A DNA stretch of 64,000 nt from an uncultured beta proteobacterium (GCA_963752495.1 CAVVYJ010000002.1:250910-314909); one strand, 5' to 3'. Numbered from the stretch's first letter, positions 29,143 to 41,196 are shown. Notes: generated by a model not told the origin, from the sequence alone. Translations and numbers: made by a program.

Positions 29143-29754
29143 ATGATTAAAAACTTTGTAGTTGCTTTATGTTTTGTCTGTTTCAGTATTTCGGCATTTG
29201 CAACAGAGTCACCTGATGAGCTAGTTAAAAGAACTGCAGAAGATGTGCTGGCAGTGGTTAAGAACGACGCTGATATCCAGGCTGGAAATCAAGAAAAGAT
29301 TTTTGCACTTGCTGAAGAAAAAATACTGCCTAACTTTAACTTTGATCGTGTATCGCGCTTGGTATTGGGTAAAAATTGGACTAAAGCTACACCTGACCAA
29401 AAGACTGCTTTCCAAGCCGAGTTTCGCACTTTGCTTTTACGTACATATGCGACTGCACTTTCTAAATACAAAAATCAAGTAATTGAATATAAGCCTTTTC
29501 GGATAGCAGATGGCGCGAATACCGCCTCGGTAAAGACGCAAATCGTTCAGCCTGGTGGTCAGCCTATTGCTGTGGATTACACGCTGGCAAAAGAGAAAGA
29601 TGCGTGGAAAGTGTATGACATTGTGATTGAGGGCGTTAGCTTGGTGACTAACTACCGTGGTCAGTTTTCACAAGAGGTTCGTCAAAACGGGTTGGATAGC
29701 TTGATTAAAAAACTGGCTGACAAAAACGCAGCTGCTAAGGCTAAGACAAGCTAA
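29143..29754 (+). CDS. mlaC: periplasmic phospholipid-binding protein MlaC (Ttg2D family)
   Basis: Signal peptide MIKNFVVALCFVCFSISAFA. Operon position fits. The ORF is open from TTG 29128. Confidence 0.85.
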   Translation: MIKNFVVALCFVCFSISAFATESPDELVKRTAEDVLAVVKNDADIQAGNQEKIFALAEEKILPNFNFDRVSRLVLGKNWTKATPDQKTAFQAEFRTLLLRTYATALSKYKNQVIEYKPFRIADGANTASVKTQIVQPGGQPIAVDYTLAKEKDAWKVYDIVIEGVSLVTNYRGQFSQEVRQNGLDSLIKKLADKNAAAKAKTS

Positions 29755-29755
29755 A

Positions 29756-30040
29756 ATGACCGAGCAAATTGCACAACTTGAAAACCGTTGGACAATCACT
29801 GGAGATATTTCAATGGACAATGCCAATGCGATTTTGGAGGCAAGCAATTCTCTTGCTATTTCTAGTAACACCGTGGTTGATTTTGCTCATGTGCATGAAT
29901 TGGATACGGCGGCGATTAGTTTGATGCTGGAGTGGCGACGCCGTGCAATTAGCAATAACCAGAACTTAAGATTCATCAATTTTCCAGCCAGCCTGAATAG
30001 TTTGGCGCAGTTGTACGGTGTTGCGGATTTAATCAACTGA
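29756..30040 (+). CDS. mlaB: STAS-domain protein MlaB
   Basis: 94 aa, anti-sigma-antagonist-like STAS fold, last gene of the mla cluster. Confidence 0.75.
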   Translation: MTEQIAQLENRWTITGDISMDNANAILEASNSLAISSNTVVDFAHVHELDTAAISLMLEWRRRAISNNQNLRFINFPASLNSLAQLYGVADLIN

Positions 30041-30080
30041 TGTTCAGTCAGCCTCGCTAACTTGAACTATACGATTTCAA

Positions 30081-30112
30081 CCCCATCCACTATGATGGGG
30101 TTTTGTTTTTTT
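30081..30112 (+). terminator. intrinsic terminator after mlaB
   Basis: Stem ccccatc / gatgggg with a 6-nt loop, followed by ttttgttttttt. Confidence 0.8.
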
Positions 30113-30135
30113 AATGCAATTTTAATAGGGCTATT

Positions 30136-31041
30136 TTGTCAATTCCAGCAATACAAATCGAGCAAATCCAAAAACGTTTCGGTAATCTGCATGCACTTAA
30201 AGGCATAGATTTAACGGTAGATCAGGGTGAATTTTTTGGTTTATTGGGGCCAAATGGCGCTGGTAAATCGACCTTGATAAATCTTATTGCGGGCTTACTA
30301 AGGCCAACAGCAGGAAAAATTTCTGTGATGGGGCATGATGTGGTCGATGCCTATCAGTTAGCGCGCTTGGCGCTGGGTGTGGTGCCACAAGAATTGGTGT
30401 TCGATCCATTTTTTAATGTGCGGGAAATGCTGCGCTTCCAAGCAGGTTATTTTGGCAAAGGCCGCGAAAATGATGCTTGGATAGATGAAGTCATTGAGAG
30501 CTTGGGCCTCACAGATAAAGCGCATACGAATATGCGTAAGCTTTCTGGAGGCATGAAGCGTCGTGCGCTGATTGCGCAAGCGTTAGCGCATAAGCCGCCT
30601 GTGATTGTGCTGGATGAGCCTACTGCTGGTGTGGATGTCGAGCTTAGGCAACTGATGTGGGAGTTCATCAAAAAACTTAATCGCGAAGGGCATACGATTA
30701 TTTTAACCACTCACTATTTGGAAGAGGCTGAAACCTTATGTTCTCGCCTTGCCATGATGAAGCAGGGTGAGATCGTCGCGCTCGACAGTACTGCGAACTT
30801 ACTTAACAAGTTTGCTGGAAAAAACTTGCGTCTAAAATTGGGTCAAGCAACACTACCTGCAAGTTTACTACCTATGCTAAAACATGGTGAGGGCGGCCTT
30901 TTTACCCTGGCTCTAAGCGATTTAGGGCAAGTGGAATTTGCGCTTGGTGAGTTACGCAAAGCAAAAATTGTAGTGGAAGATATTCAACTGATTGAGGCAG
31001 ATTTGGAAGATGTGTTTTTGTCATTAGTGGGTGGCGCATGA
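30136..31041 (+). CDS. ABC transporter ATP-binding protein (ABC-2 subfamily, YadG-like)
   Basis: TTG start. Walker A GPNGAGKST, signature LSGGMKRR, Walker B VIVLDEPTAG. Confidence 0.88.
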   Translation: MSIPAIQIEQIQKRFGNLHALKGIDLTVDQGEFFGLLGPNGAGKSTLINLIAGLLRPTAGKISVMGHDVVDAYQLARLALGVVPQELVFDPFFNVREMLRFQAGYFGKGRENDAWIDEVIESLGLTDKAHTNMRKLSGGMKRRALIAQALAHKPPVIVLDEPTAGVDVELRQLMWEFIKKLNREGHTIILTTHYLEEAETLCSRLAMMKQGEIVALDSTANLLNKFAGKNLRLKLGQATLPASLLPMLKHGEGGLFTLALSDLGQVEFALGELRKAKIVVEDIQLIEADLEDVFLSLVGGA

Positions 31042-31814
31042 GCATAATTAATGAACACACGCGAGGCACTTACACGCTCTTTAAAAAAGAAGTGCTGCGT
31101 TTTTGGCGAGTAGCCTTTCAAACAATCGCTTCTCCAGTGTTGACGGCTTTGCTTTATTTGCTGATATTTTCTCACGTGCTAGAAGGTCATGTGCAAGTAT
31201 ATAAGGGCGTGCCATACACCGCATTTTTAATCCCTGGCCTGATTATGATGTCACTATTACAAAACGCTTTTGCTAATAGTTCATCTAGCCTTGTGCAATC
31301 TAAGGTGATGGGTAATATTATTTTTGTATTACTCACGCCGCTCACTTATTTGCAATTTTTCATTGCATTTTTAGCGGCATCCATTATTCGTGGCTTGGTG
31401 GTAGGTTTGAGTATTTATTTAGTGGCGATTTGGTTTGTCGATTTGCCGATTACTCACTTGGGTTGGATAGTCACATTCGCATTTTTGGGCAGCGCATTAC
31501 TCGGCACCTTTGGCATTATTGCAGGAATCTGGTCAGACAAATTTGACCAGATGGCAGCATTTCAAAACTTTGTGATTATGCCGCTGACATTTTTATCGGG
31601 CGTGTTTTACTCTATCCATTCGCTGCCACCCTTTTGGCAAGCGATTTCAAAATTCAATCCGTTTTTTTATATGATTGATGGTTTTAGATACGGTTTTTTT
31701 GGCAAAGGCGACATATCACCTTGGGTGAGCTTGGTTGTTGTATTGGTGTTTTTAGTTGCGTTAGCATGGTTAAGCCTAAAAATGTTAAAATCAGGCTATA
31801 AATTACGTGGTTAA
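31038..31814 (+). CDS. ABC-2 type transporter permease (YadH-like)
   Basis: 258 aa with 6 TM helices. It overlaps the ATPase gene by 4 nt. Confidence 0.85.
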   Translation: MSIINEHTRGTYTLFKKEVLRFWRVAFQTIASPVLTALLYLLIFSHVLEGHVQVYKGVPYTAFLIPGLIMMSLLQNAFANSSSSLVQSKVMGNIIFVLLTPLTYLQFFIAFLAASIIRGLVVGLSIYLVAIWFVDLPITHLGWIVTFAFLGSALLGTFGIIAGIWSDKFDQMAAFQNFVIMPLTFLSGVFYSIHSLPPFWQAISKFNPFFYMIDGFRYGFFGKGDISPWVSLVVVLVFLVALAWLSLKMLKSGYKLRG

Positions 31815-31850
31815 TTTATAACAATATTAATTAAAACTTAGGGCCGGAAT

Positions 31851-32102
31851 GTGTTGAGCGCTTCGCAATTGGAAAGTTATATCACGCAGCATTTGGATTG
31901 CGACTACATTAAAGTGATGGGTGATGACGGCACACACTTTGAGGCGACAATCGTGAGTCAGGCGTTTGTGGGCAAAAGTATGATTGCGCAACATCAAATG
32001 GTCTATGCATCATTGGGAGATCGCATGAAGGCAGAAATTCATGCGCTATCAATGAAAACTTATACCCCAGAAAAATGGGCAGAATTGAATACCAAAAATT
32101 AA
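31851..32102 (+). CDS. ibaG: BolA-family protein (IbaG/YrbA-like)
   Basis: 83 aa with a GTG start. Family pattern ...DGTHF...IVS..F.G...I.QHQMVY. It lies upstream of murA, as in E. coli. Confidence 0.7.
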   Translation: MLSASQLESYITQHLDCDYIKVMGDDGTHFEATIVSQAFVGKSMIAQHQMVYASLGDRMKAEIHALSMKTYTPEKWAELNTKN

Positions 32103-32118
32103 ACATATAGGAAGCAAA

Positions 32119-32430
32119 ATGGATACACAAGCAAAAATTAGAGAAACGGTAAGCACTAACCCGGTCGTGCTTTACATGAAAGGCAACCCGAAATTTCCGC
32201 AATGCGGATTTTCGAATTTGGCGACACAAATTTTAGACGCTTGCGGTACTAAATACATCGCGGTGGATGTGTTGCAAGACCAAGAAATTCGAGAAGGCAT
32301 CAAGCAATATGCTAACTGGCCTACCATTCCACAACTTTATATCAAAGGTGAGTTTGTGGGAGGTGCGGATATTATGCGGGCTATGTATGAAAGTGGCGAG
32401 CTGCAAGCTGCGCTGACAGAGGCTAACTAG
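32119..32430 (+). CDS. grxD: monothiol glutaredoxin (Grx4 family)
   Basis: 103 aa with the CGFS active site (PQCGFSN) and WPTIPQLYI. Confidence 0.9.
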   Translation: MDTQAKIRETVSTNPVVLYMKGNPKFPQCGFSNLATQILDACGTKYIAVDVLQDQEIREGIKQYANWPTIPQLYIKGEFVGGADIMRAMYESGELQAALTEAN

Positions 32431-33696
<1,266 letters not shown>

Positions 33697-33699
33697 ATT

Positions 33700-34344
33700 A
33701 TGATTACTATCGCTTTAAGCAAAGGCAGAATTTTTGAAGAAACCACGCCGTTATTGGCGGCGGCTGGTATTCGTGCGCTTGAAGATCCGGAATCTTCACG
33801 TAAACTTATTTTAGCCACCAATCGCGATGATGTGCGGCTGATTATTGTGCGTGCTTCGGATGTGCCGACTTATGTGCAGTATGGTGCGGCCGATTTGGGC
33901 ATCGCTGGCAAAGATGTACTGGATGAGCATGGTGGTGAAGGCTTGTATCAGCCTTTGGACTTGCGAATTGCCAAATGCAAAATGATGGTCGCAGTGCGTG
34001 AAGGCTTTGATTACGAAGCGGTCATCCGCCAAGGTGCGCGTTTAAAAGTAGTGACAAAGTATGTGAAAACTGCGCGCGAGCACTTTGCGGGCAAAGGTAT
34101 GCATGTCGATTTAATCAAACTATATGGCTCGATGGAGCTGGGACCGCTGGTGGGTTTGGCTGATGCGATTGTGGATTTGGTGAGTACGGGAGGGACGTTA
34201 CGCGCTAACAATCTCAAGGCTGTTGAGCACATCGGTGATATTAGCTCACGTCTTATTGTAAATCAGGCCTCACTTAAGCTTAATCGCACGCAGCTGCAAC
34301 CTATTATGGATGCGTTTGCAAGCGCCATAGGAAATGAAAAATAG
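33700..34344 (+). CDS. hisG: ATP phosphoribosyltransferase (short form)
   Basis: 214 aa, [11 protein letters not shown]...DLVSTGGTL. Confidence 0.92.
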   Translation: MITIALSKGRIFEETTPLLAAAGIRALEDPESSRKLILATNRDDVRLIIVRASDVPTYVQYGAADLGIAGKDVLDEHGGEGLYQPLDLRIAKCKMMVAVREGFDYEAVIRQGARLKVVTKYVKTAREHFAGKGMHVDLIKLYGSMELGPLVGLADAIVDLVSTGGTLRANNLKAVEHIGDISSRLIVNQASLKLNRTQLQPIMDAFASAIGNEK

Positions 34345-34350
34345 TAACAA

Positions 34351-35646
34351 ATGAAAATTCGACGTTTATCTACACACGATGTGAGCTTTGACGCTGAACT
34401 AAAAGCGCTTCTGGCATTTGAAACTGCGCAGGACGATAGCGTAGACAGGGTTGTTGCGGGCATTTTGAAAGACGTGAAAGCACGCGGCGATGCGGCGGTA
34501 TTGGAATACACCAATCGTTTTGATAAAACCAGTGCAAGCAATTTGGCCGATTTAGAAATTAAAAAGCCCGAATTAATTGCCGCACTCTCTGCCCTGCCAG
34601 CCAATCAGGGAGAGGCTCTCAGGGCAGCGGCTGACAGAGTCAAAAGCTATCACGAAAAGCAAGTGATGCAATCGTGGAGCTATAGCGAAGCCGATGGCAC
34701 GCTACTTGGTCAACAGGTGACTGCGCTTGACCGCGTGGGGCTTTATGTTCCTGGTGGTAAGGCGGCCTATCCTTCATCGGTGCTCATGAACGCTATTCCC
34801 GCTAAAGTGGCGGGGGTGCAAGAGTTGATTATGGTGGTGCCAACGCCAAATGGTGAAAAAAATCAGTTGGTACTGGCTGCAGCGGCTATTTCTGGCGTAG
34901 ATCGCGTGTTCTGCATTGGCGGTGCACAGGCTGTTGGCGCGCTGGCTTATGGCACAGAAACGATTCCACAAGTCGATAAAATTACAGGGCCAGGAAACGC
35001 TTACGTGGCAGCCGCCAAACGCCGTGTGTTCGGCGTGGTGGGCATTGATATGGTGGCCGGGCCAAGTGAAATTTTGGTGATTTGCGATGGTAAAACCAAC
35101 CCAGACTGGATTGCCATGGATTTGTTCAGCCAAGCAGAGCATGACGAGTTGGCACAAGCCATTTTGCTGAGTCCAGACGAAGCGTTTCTAAATGCGGTTG
35201 CTGCTAGCATGCAAAAACTTGTGCAAGAGATGCCGAGAAAAGACATTATCAGCACGTCAATAAGTGACCGTGGCGCGCTGATTTTGGTGAAAGATTTGGA
35301 TGAAGCAGTGGAAATTTGCAATTATATTGCGCCAGAGCACTTAGAGCTTTCCATTGAAAATCCGCTGGAGCTCTCGAAAAAAATAAAACACGCAGGCGCT
35401 ATATTTATGGGTCGCGATACTTGCGAGGCGCTCGGCGATTACTGTGCCGGACCAAATCATGTGCTGCCGACTTCTCGCACTGCGCGCTTTAGTTCACCGT
35501 TGGGTGTTTATGATTTTCAAAAACGCTCCAGTTTGATTATGGTTTCAAGCGAGGGCGCACAAAAGCTTGGCAAGATAGCTTCGACTTTGGCTTATGGCGA
35601 AAGCCTGCAAGCGCATGCAAAGTCTGCCGAGTATAGAATCAAATGA
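34351..35646 (+). CDS. hisD: histidinol dehydrogenase
   Basis: 431 aa with GGAQA, SQAEHD and APEHLEL motifs. Confidence 0.95.
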   Translation: MKIRRLSTHDVSFDAELKALLAFETAQDDSVDRVVAGILKDVKARGDAAVLEYTNRFDKTSASNLADLEIKKPELIAALSALPANQGEALRAAADRVKSYHEKQVMQSWSYSEADGTLLGQQVTALDRVGLYVPGGKAAYPSSVLMNAIPAKVAGVQELIMVVPTPNGEKNQLVLAAAAISGVDRVFCIGGAQAVGALAYGTETIPQVDKITGPGNAYVAAAKRRVFGVVGIDMVAGPSEILVICDGKTNPDWIAMDLFSQAEHDELAQAILLSPDEAFLNAVAASMQKLVQEMPRKDIISTSISDRGALILVKDLDEAVEICNYIAPEHLELSIENPLELSKKIKHAGAIFMGRDTCEALGDYCAGPNHVLPTSRTARFSSPLGVYDFQKRSSLIMVSSEGAQKLGKIASTLAYGESLQAHAKSAEYRIK

Positions 35647-35662
35647 AGTGTAGGTTTAACTG

Positions 35663-36730
35663 ATGAGCCAGTTTTGGAGTGATGTCGTTCACGGGTTAAC
35701 CCCCTATGTACCGGGCGAGCAGCCAAAACTGGAAAATCTGGTTAAGCTCAATACTAATGAAAACCCCTATGGACCTAGTCCAAAGGTGATTGCTGCACTT
35801 AAGGCAGAAGCGGCAGACAGCCTGCGTCTTTACCCTGATCCTAATTCAGATAAACTCAAAACAGCAATTGCGGAATATCATGGTTTACAATCTAACCAAG
35901 TGTTTGTCGGTAATGGGTCTGATGAGGTCCTAGCGCATGTGTTTCAGGCGCTGCTAAAGCACTCGCGACCTTTGCTTTTTCCAGATATAAGCTATAGCTT
36001 TTATCCCGTATATTGTGGTTTGTACGGTATCGAGTATGAAATGATTCCGCTGGATAGGCGCTTTGAAATAAATATTCATGATTATGATAAACCTAATGGC
36101 GGTATTATCTTTCCCAATCCGAATGCGCCAACCAGTATCCCGCTTGAGGCAGAAAAGATAGAAGAGTTATTACAGAAAAATAAATATTCTGTAGTGGTAA
36201 TCGACGAGGCTTATGTGGATTTTGGCACTGAGTCTGCCGTTGGACTAATAAATAAATACCCTAATTTACTTGTGACACAAACTTTGTCTAAAGCCCGCTC
36301 GCTTGCAGGTTTGCGAGTAGGCTATGCATTAGGGAATGCGGATTTGATAGAAGCTTTGATCCGTGTAAAAGACAGTTTTAATTCATACCCTATTGATCGC
36401 TTTGCTGAGGCTGGGGCTATTGCTGCTATGCAAGATGTTGAATATTTTGAAGATACTTGCAAAAAGGTGATTGCGACGCGTGAAGCGTTGGTGAAACGTA
36501 TGGAGGCTATGGGATTTACAGTGTTACCTTCAGGCGCAAACTTTATTTTCGCTAGACATAAAATATATGATGGAGCAGTGCTTGCAGCTAAGTTGCGTGA
36601 GCAAAGCATTATCGTGCGGCATTTCAAAAAGCCTGAGCGCATTGCAGCTTATATGCGCATCACAATTGGCACAGATTCACAATCAGCGCAGTTAGTTACG
36701 GCGCTAGAAGCTATTCTCAGGCAAGTATGA
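35663..36730 (+). CDS. hisC: histidinol-phosphate aminotransferase
   Basis: 355 aa with [12 protein letters not shown] and the PLP-lysine context [15 protein letters not shown]. Confidence 0.93.
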   Translation: MSQFWSDVVHGLTPYVPGEQPKLENLVKLNTNENPYGPSPKVIAALKAEAADSLRLYPDPNSDKLKTAIAEYHGLQSNQVFVGNGSDEVLAHVFQALLKHSRPLLFPDISYSFYPVYCGLYGIEYEMIPLDRRFEINIHDYDKPNGGIIFPNPNAPTSIPLEAEKIEELLQKNKYSVVVIDEAYVDFGTESAVGLINKYPNLLVTQTLSKARSLAGLRVGYALGNADLIEALIRVKDSFNSYPIDRFAEAGAIAAMQDVEYFEDTCKKVIATREALVKRMEAMGFTVLPSGANFIFARHKIYDGAVLAAKLREQSIIVRHFKKPERIAAYMRITIGTDSQSAQLVTALEAILRQV

Positions 36731-36784
36731 GTCATTTTGAGGCATTGTAATTTTTACAATTCACAATAAAATGTTACTAAATTG

Positions 36785-36814
36785 TTGAAATTACACATCA
36801 ATTGCGGTTATGAT
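36785..36814 (+). promoter_or_regulatory. candidate sigma-70 promoter for hps
   Basis: TTGAAA-18 nt-TATGAT, about 110 nt upstream of ATG 36924 in a 193-nt AT-rich gap. Confidence 0.3.
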
Positions 36815-36847
36815 GTCGCAATGTACAACATGTGCAAATAATATTTT

Positions 36848-36863
36848 GTAAAATTAATTTTAC
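36848..36863. promoter_or_regulatory. perfect 16-bp palindrome GTAAAATTAATTTTAC (candidate operator)
   Basis: The sequence is exactly self-complementary. A related inverted repeat ATTGTAA-TTT-TTACAAT lies at 36744..36760. Both are between hisC and hps. Confidence 0.3.
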
Positions 36864-36923
36864 TTACACACAAAGTATTAAATTTTTAATCGAATATTCA
36901 GTAAGCTCGGAGGAAGAAGCACC

Positions 36924-37865
36924 ATGGCACAAACCCAAATGGCATTAGATTCACTAGATTTTGACGCAACAGTTGCGTTAGCAACTAAAGTTGCACCACA
37001 CGTAGATATTTTGGAAATCGGTACCCCATGCATTAAGCATAACGGTATTGAGCTTTTAAAAACGTTACGCGCTAAATTCCCAAATAATAAAATTTTGGTT
37101 GACTTGAAAACAATGGATGCTGGCTTTTACGAAGCTGAGCCATTTTACAAAGCAGGTGCAGATATTTGTACAGTATTGGGTACAGCAGACATCGGCACGA
37201 TTAAAGGCGTAATTGATGTTGCAAACAAATACGGCAAACAAGCACAGGTTGATTTGATTAATGTTGCTGATAAAAAAGCGCGCACATTAGAAGTGGCTAA
37301 ATTAGGCGCACACATCATTGGCGTTCACACTGGTTTGGACCAACAAGCTGCAGGTCAAACACCTTTCGCTGATTTGGCAATGGTAACTGGTTTAAATACT
37401 GGTGCTAAAGTTTCTGTGGCTGGCGGTGTAAAAGCTGCAACAGTAAAACAAGTAGTTGATGCTGGCGCTGACATTGTAGTAGCTGGCGCGGCAATTTACG
37501 GCGCTGCTGACCCAGCTGCATCAGCTGCTGAAATTACAGGTTTGGCACACGCAGGTAACGCAAGTGCAGGTGGCATGGGTAAATGGTTGCCATGGGTGCT
37601 TATTGCAGGCGCTGTATTGTTAGGTTTGTATTTGCTAAAAGGTGGTAACACCGAGCAAGCAGCAACAGAGGCAGGCGCTGCTGTTGAGCAAGCAGTAGAA
37701 GCTGCTCCAGCTGCGGTTGAGGGTGCAGCAGATGCTGCCGCTGCAGCAACAGAAGAAGCTGCTACTGCTGCAGGTGATGCAGTTGACGCTGCTAAAGATG
37801 CTGCTGCCGCTGCAGTAGATGCAGCAGCTCCAGCTGAAGCTGCTCCAGCAGAAGAAGCAAAATAA
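36924..37865 (+). CDS. hps: 3-hexulose-6-phosphate synthase with a C-terminal TM helix and Ala/Glu-rich extension
   Basis: Residues 1-208 (MAQTQMALDSLDFDATVALA...VDLKTMDAG...GVHTGLDQQ...AAIYGAADPA...EITGLA) match RuMP HPS as I remember it at about 209 aa. The ORF then continues for 105 more codons. RBS ggagga is upstream. Confidence 0.9.
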   Translation: MAQTQMALDSLDFDATVALATKVAPHVDILEIGTPCIKHNGIELLKTLRAKFPNNKILVDLKTMDAGFYEAEPFYKAGADICTVLGTADIGTIKGVIDVANKYGKQAQVDLINVADKKARTLEVAKLGAHIIGVHTGLDQQAAGQTPFADLAMVTGLNTGAKVSVAGGVKAATVKQVVDAGADIVVAGAAIYGAADPAASAAEITGLAHAGNASAGGMGKWLPWVLIAGAVLLGLYLLKGGNTEQAATEAGAAVEQAVEAAPAAVEGAADAAAAATEEAATAAGDAVDAAKDAAAAAVDAAAPAEAAPAEEAK

Positions 37866-37885
37866 GTAACTATTGAACTAAACTA

Positions 37886-37911
37886 AGCCGGCCTAGTGGC
37901 CGGCTTTTTTA
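37886..37911 (+). terminator. strong intrinsic terminator after hps
   Basis: Stem agccggcc / ggccggct with a tagt loop, followed by tttttt. Confidence 0.88.
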
Positions 37912-38005
37912 TTGCAATTTTGCGTGTAAGCGATAGTTTGGGTTAGAATGCTAATCTTATTGAAACTTAAAATTACTTCCTTCAAATTACTTAAGTAAAT
38001 TTCAC

Positions 38006-38593
38006 ATGCGCAAAGCTGAAGTTACCCGCAATACCCTAGAAACACAAATTACCGTGGCTATTAACATTGATGGCACGGGTCAGTCGCAATTCAACACAGG
38101 CTTGGGTTTTCTCGACCATATGCTGGATCAGGTTGCACGTCACGGCATGATGGATATTAGCGTGCAGGCAAAGGGTGATTTACATATTGATGCGCATCAC
38201 ACGGTGGAAGATATCGGCATTACACTTGGCCAAGCTTTTTTAAAGGCGATTGGAGATAAAAAAGGCATTAATCGCTATGGACATGCTTATGTCCCGCTAG
38301 ATGAGGCGTTGTCTCGCGTTGTGCTTGATTTGTCTGGTCGTCCGGGTTTGGAGTTTAATTGTGAGTTCACGCGTGCTGCAATTGGTGACTTTGATGTGGA
38401 TTTGATACATGAGTTTTTTCAAGGGTTTACTAACCACGCCCTTGTGACCCTACACGTCGATAACTTAAAAGGTAATAACTCACATCACCAAGCTGAGACC
38501 ATTTTTAAGGCATTTGGTCGTGCCTTGCGCATGGCGACAACTATGGATTCTAGGATGGCCGGTGTAACGCCGTCTACAAAAGGCCTGCTATAA
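38006..38593 (+). CDS. hisB: imidazoleglycerol-phosphate dehydratase
   Basis: 195 aa with [19 protein letters not shown] and NSHHQAE motifs. Confidence 0.95.
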   Translation: MRKAEVTRNTLETQITVAINIDGTGQSQFNTGLGFLDHMLDQVARHGMMDISVQAKGDLHIDAHHTVEDIGITLGQAFLKAIGDKKGINRYGHAYVPLDEALSRVVLDLSGRPGLEFNCEFTRAAIGDFDVDLIHEFFQGFTNHALVTLHVDNLKGNNSHHQAETIFKAFGRALRMATTMDSRMAGVTPSTKGLL

Positions 38594-38616
38594 CCAAAAC
38601 GCCCGCTGTAAATTAA

Positions 38617-39261
38617 ATGAAAAATGTAGATATCGCCGTGGTTGATTATGGCATGGGTAATTTGCGATCCGTGTCAAAGGCAATTGAACATGTTGCGCCA
38701 GACAAAACTGTGTTGGTGACGAGTGATGCTGAATTAATTAATCGTGCCGAGCGCGTTGTATTTCCTGGCCAAGGGGCGATGCCAGACTGTATCCGTGAGA
38801 TGGATTCACGAGGTTTGCGTGGGGCAGTGGTCGAGGCGACAAAGACAAAGCCGTTTCTGGGCATTTGCATTGGTCTGCAAATGTTGTTTGAACGATCCGA
38901 AGAAGGCAATGCTGCAGGTTTGGGTTTGTTCAAAGGCGATGTCAAAAAATTTGCTACCGAGGAAATGCATGATGCATCAGGGCAAAAGCTCAAAGTGCCG
39001 CATATGGGTTGGAATCAAGTGTATCAACAACAAGAGCATTCTTTATGGGCTGATATACCTAGCGGCGAACGTTTTTACTTTGTGCATAGCTATTATGTGC
39101 ACCCTGAAGAGACCAATAAAATAGCGGGTTACAGCGAGTATCCCAATCAGTTTACTTGTGCAATTGCAAAAGATAACCTGTTTGCCGTACAGTTTCACCC
39201 AGAAAAAAGTGCACACGCAGGTTTGCAATTGCTAAGCAATTTTGTAAACTGGAAGCCTTAA
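38617..39261 (+). CDS. hisH: imidazole glycerol phosphate synthase, glutaminase subunit
   Basis: 214 aa with the GATase triad context GICIGLQ and VQFHPEKS. Confidence 0.93.
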   Translation: MKNVDIAVVDYGMGNLRSVSKAIEHVAPDKTVLVTSDAELINRAERVVFPGQGAMPDCIREMDSRGLRGAVVEATKTKPFLGICIGLQMLFERSEEGNAAGLGLFKGDVKKFATEEMHDASGQKLKVPHMGWNQVYQQQEHSLWADIPSGERFYFVHSYYVHPEETNKIAGYSEYPNQFTCAIAKDNLFAVQFHPEKSAHAGLQLLSNFVNWKP

Positions 39262-39290
39262 GAATAATATTTTTTAACTTATAAAATACC

Positions 39291-40031
39291 ATGTTAATTA
39301 TCCCAGCGATTGACCTCAAAGATGGCCACTGTGTACGTCTAAAACAAGGCGTAATGGAAGGGGCTACCGTATTTTCAGAAGACCCGGGTGCAATGGCGCG
39401 ACACTGGGTGGATAAAGGCGGCAAGCGTTTGCATCTAGTGGATTTGAACGGTGCGTTTGCCGGAAAACCTGTGAATGAGGTAGCGATAAAGTCCATCGTC
39501 AGTGCGGTGGGTGGTGATATTCCAATCCAACTTGGTGGGGGAATCCGCGACTTGGATACGATAGAGCGCTATTTAGATAGCGGTATCAGCTATGTCATTA
39601 TTGGTACGGCTGCTGTAAAGACGCCGGGTTTTTTACATGAGGCTTGCTATGCTTTCCCAGGGCAAATTATGGTGGGGCTAGATGCCAAGGATGGTAAAGT
39701 GGCAATTGATGGCTGGTCAAAGTTAACAGGACATGATGTGATTGATTTGGCTAAAAAATTTGAAGACTACGGCGTGGAATCGATTGTTTATACGGATATT
39801 GGCCGAGATGGCATGCTCTCTGGCGTGAATATCGAGGCGACGGTAGCATTAGCGCAAGCCTTAACAATGCCGGTTATCGCCTCTGGCGGAATTACAGATT
39901 TGGATGATGTACGTAAGCTTTGTGCAGTGGCTTCCGAAGGTATTATGGGCGCCATTTCTGGCCGTGCAATTTATGAAGGCACCCTAGATTTTTCCGCCGC
40001 ACAGAAACTTGCAGATGAGTTGAGCGCCTAA
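39291..40031 (+). CDS. hisA: ProFAR isomerase
   Basis: 246 aa, [17 protein letters not shown]... Confidence 0.93.
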   Translation: MLIIPAIDLKDGHCVRLKQGVMEGATVFSEDPGAMARHWVDKGGKRLHLVDLNGAFAGKPVNEVAIKSIVSAVGGDIPIQLGGGIRDLDTIERYLDSGISYVIIGTAAVKTPGFLHEACYAFPGQIMVGLDAKDGKVAIDGWSKLTGHDVIDLAKKFEDYGVESIVYTDIGRDGMLSGVNIEATVALAQALTMPVIASGGITDLDDVRKLCAVASEGIMGAISGRAIYEGTLDFSAAQKLADELSA

Positions 40032-40798
40032 TGGGGCTTGCGAAAAGGATTATCCCTTGCTTAGATGTGACGGATGGCCGCGTAGTAAAAGGCGTTAATT
40101 TCCTAGAGTTACGCGATGCAGGCGATCCTGTGGAAATCGCTAAACGTTATGATGATCAGGGTGCAGACGAACTCACCTTTTTAGACATTACCGCAAGCTC
40201 GGATAATCGTGGGCTGATATTGCATATTATCGAAGAAGTGGCGAGCCAAGTATTTATACCGCTTACCGTGGGTGGTGGGGTACGCGAGGTTGAAGATGTG
40301 CGCCGCTTGCTAAATGCAGGCGCGGATAAGGTGAGCATCAACACCACTGCAGTGCTTAATCCCCAAATGGTGGCAGATGCCACGGCACGCTTTGGCTCAC
40401 AGTGTATTGTAGTGGCGATAGATGCAAAAAAGGTGGACAATCAGCCTTTTGAGTGGGAGGTGTTTACGCATGGCGGCCGCAATCCAACAGGCTTGGACGC
40501 CGTTAAGTGGGCGCAACACATGGTAAAACTTGGCGCAGGTGAGCTATTGGTGACTAGTATGGACCGCGATGGAACTAAAATTGGTTTTAATAATGCGTTA
40601 AATCACGCAATCTCGGAGGCGGTTGATGTGCCGCTAATTGCTTCTGGTGGCGTCGGTAATTTACAACACTTGGTTGATGGGATTAAAGAGGGCGGCGCAG
40701 ATGCCGTGCTGGCGGCGAGTATATTCCACTATGGCGAATATACTGTACAGCAAGCCAAGGAATTTATGCAACAAAATGGAATCGAAGTGAGACTATGA
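40031..40798 (+). CDS. hisF: imidazole glycerol phosphate synthase, cyclase subunit
   Basis: 255 aa with RIIPCLDV...DELTFLDI...ASGG. It has a TAATG overlap with hisA. Confidence 0.95.
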   Translation: MGLAKRIIPCLDVTDGRVVKGVNFLELRDAGDPVEIAKRYDDQGADELTFLDITASSDNRGLILHIIEEVASQVFIPLTVGGGVREVEDVRRLLNAGADKVSINTTAVLNPQMVADATARFGSQCIVVAIDAKKVDNQPFEWEVFTHGGRNPTGLDAVKWAQHMVKLGAGELLVTSMDRDGTKIGFNNALNHAISEAVDVPLIASGGVGNLQHLVDGIKEGGADAVLAASIFHYGEYTVQQAKEFMQQNGIEVRL

Positions 40799-41184
40799 AC
40801 TGGCTCGATGAAGTGAAGTTTGATGAAAATGGCTTGATTCCAGCCATCGCGCAAGATTACAAAACCGGTAAAGTGCTCATGGTGGCGTGGATGAATCGCG
40901 AGGCGCTGCAGCAAACAGAAAGTATGAAAAAGGCAGTTTACTGGTCGCGTTCGCGCGGTAAATTATGGCGTAAAGGTGAAGAGTCTGGTCATACGCAAAT
41001 CGTGCATGGCATTCGCATTGACTGCGATGAAGATGTGATTTTGCTGAGCGTTGAGCAGCTTGGCGGCATCGCTTGCCACACTGGGCGCCACAACTGTTTT
41101 TTTAAGAAGTTAGAAAATGGTAGATGGGTAATTGACCAACCGATTGTGAAGAATCCAGAAGATATATATAAACCAATCGCATAA
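40795..41184 (+). CDS. hisI: phosphoribosyl-AMP cyclohydrolase
   Basis: 129 aa with LIPAIAQD...WSRSR..LW.KGE.SGH...DCD.D. Confidence 0.92.
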   Translation: MNWLDEVKFDENGLIPAIAQDYKTGKVLMVAWMNREALQQTESMKKAVYWSRSRGKLWRKGEESGHTQIVHGIRIDCDEDVILLSVEQLGGIACHTGRHNCFFKKLENGRWVIDQPIVKNPEDIYKPIA

Positions 41185-41196
41185 TATTAAAAGCGC

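Noticed and set aside
36809-36850. 13-codon ORF (MMSQCTTCANNIL) in the hisC-hps spacer.
   Set aside because: It has no RBS and is very short. There is no basis for calling it a leader peptide; it is most likely chance.
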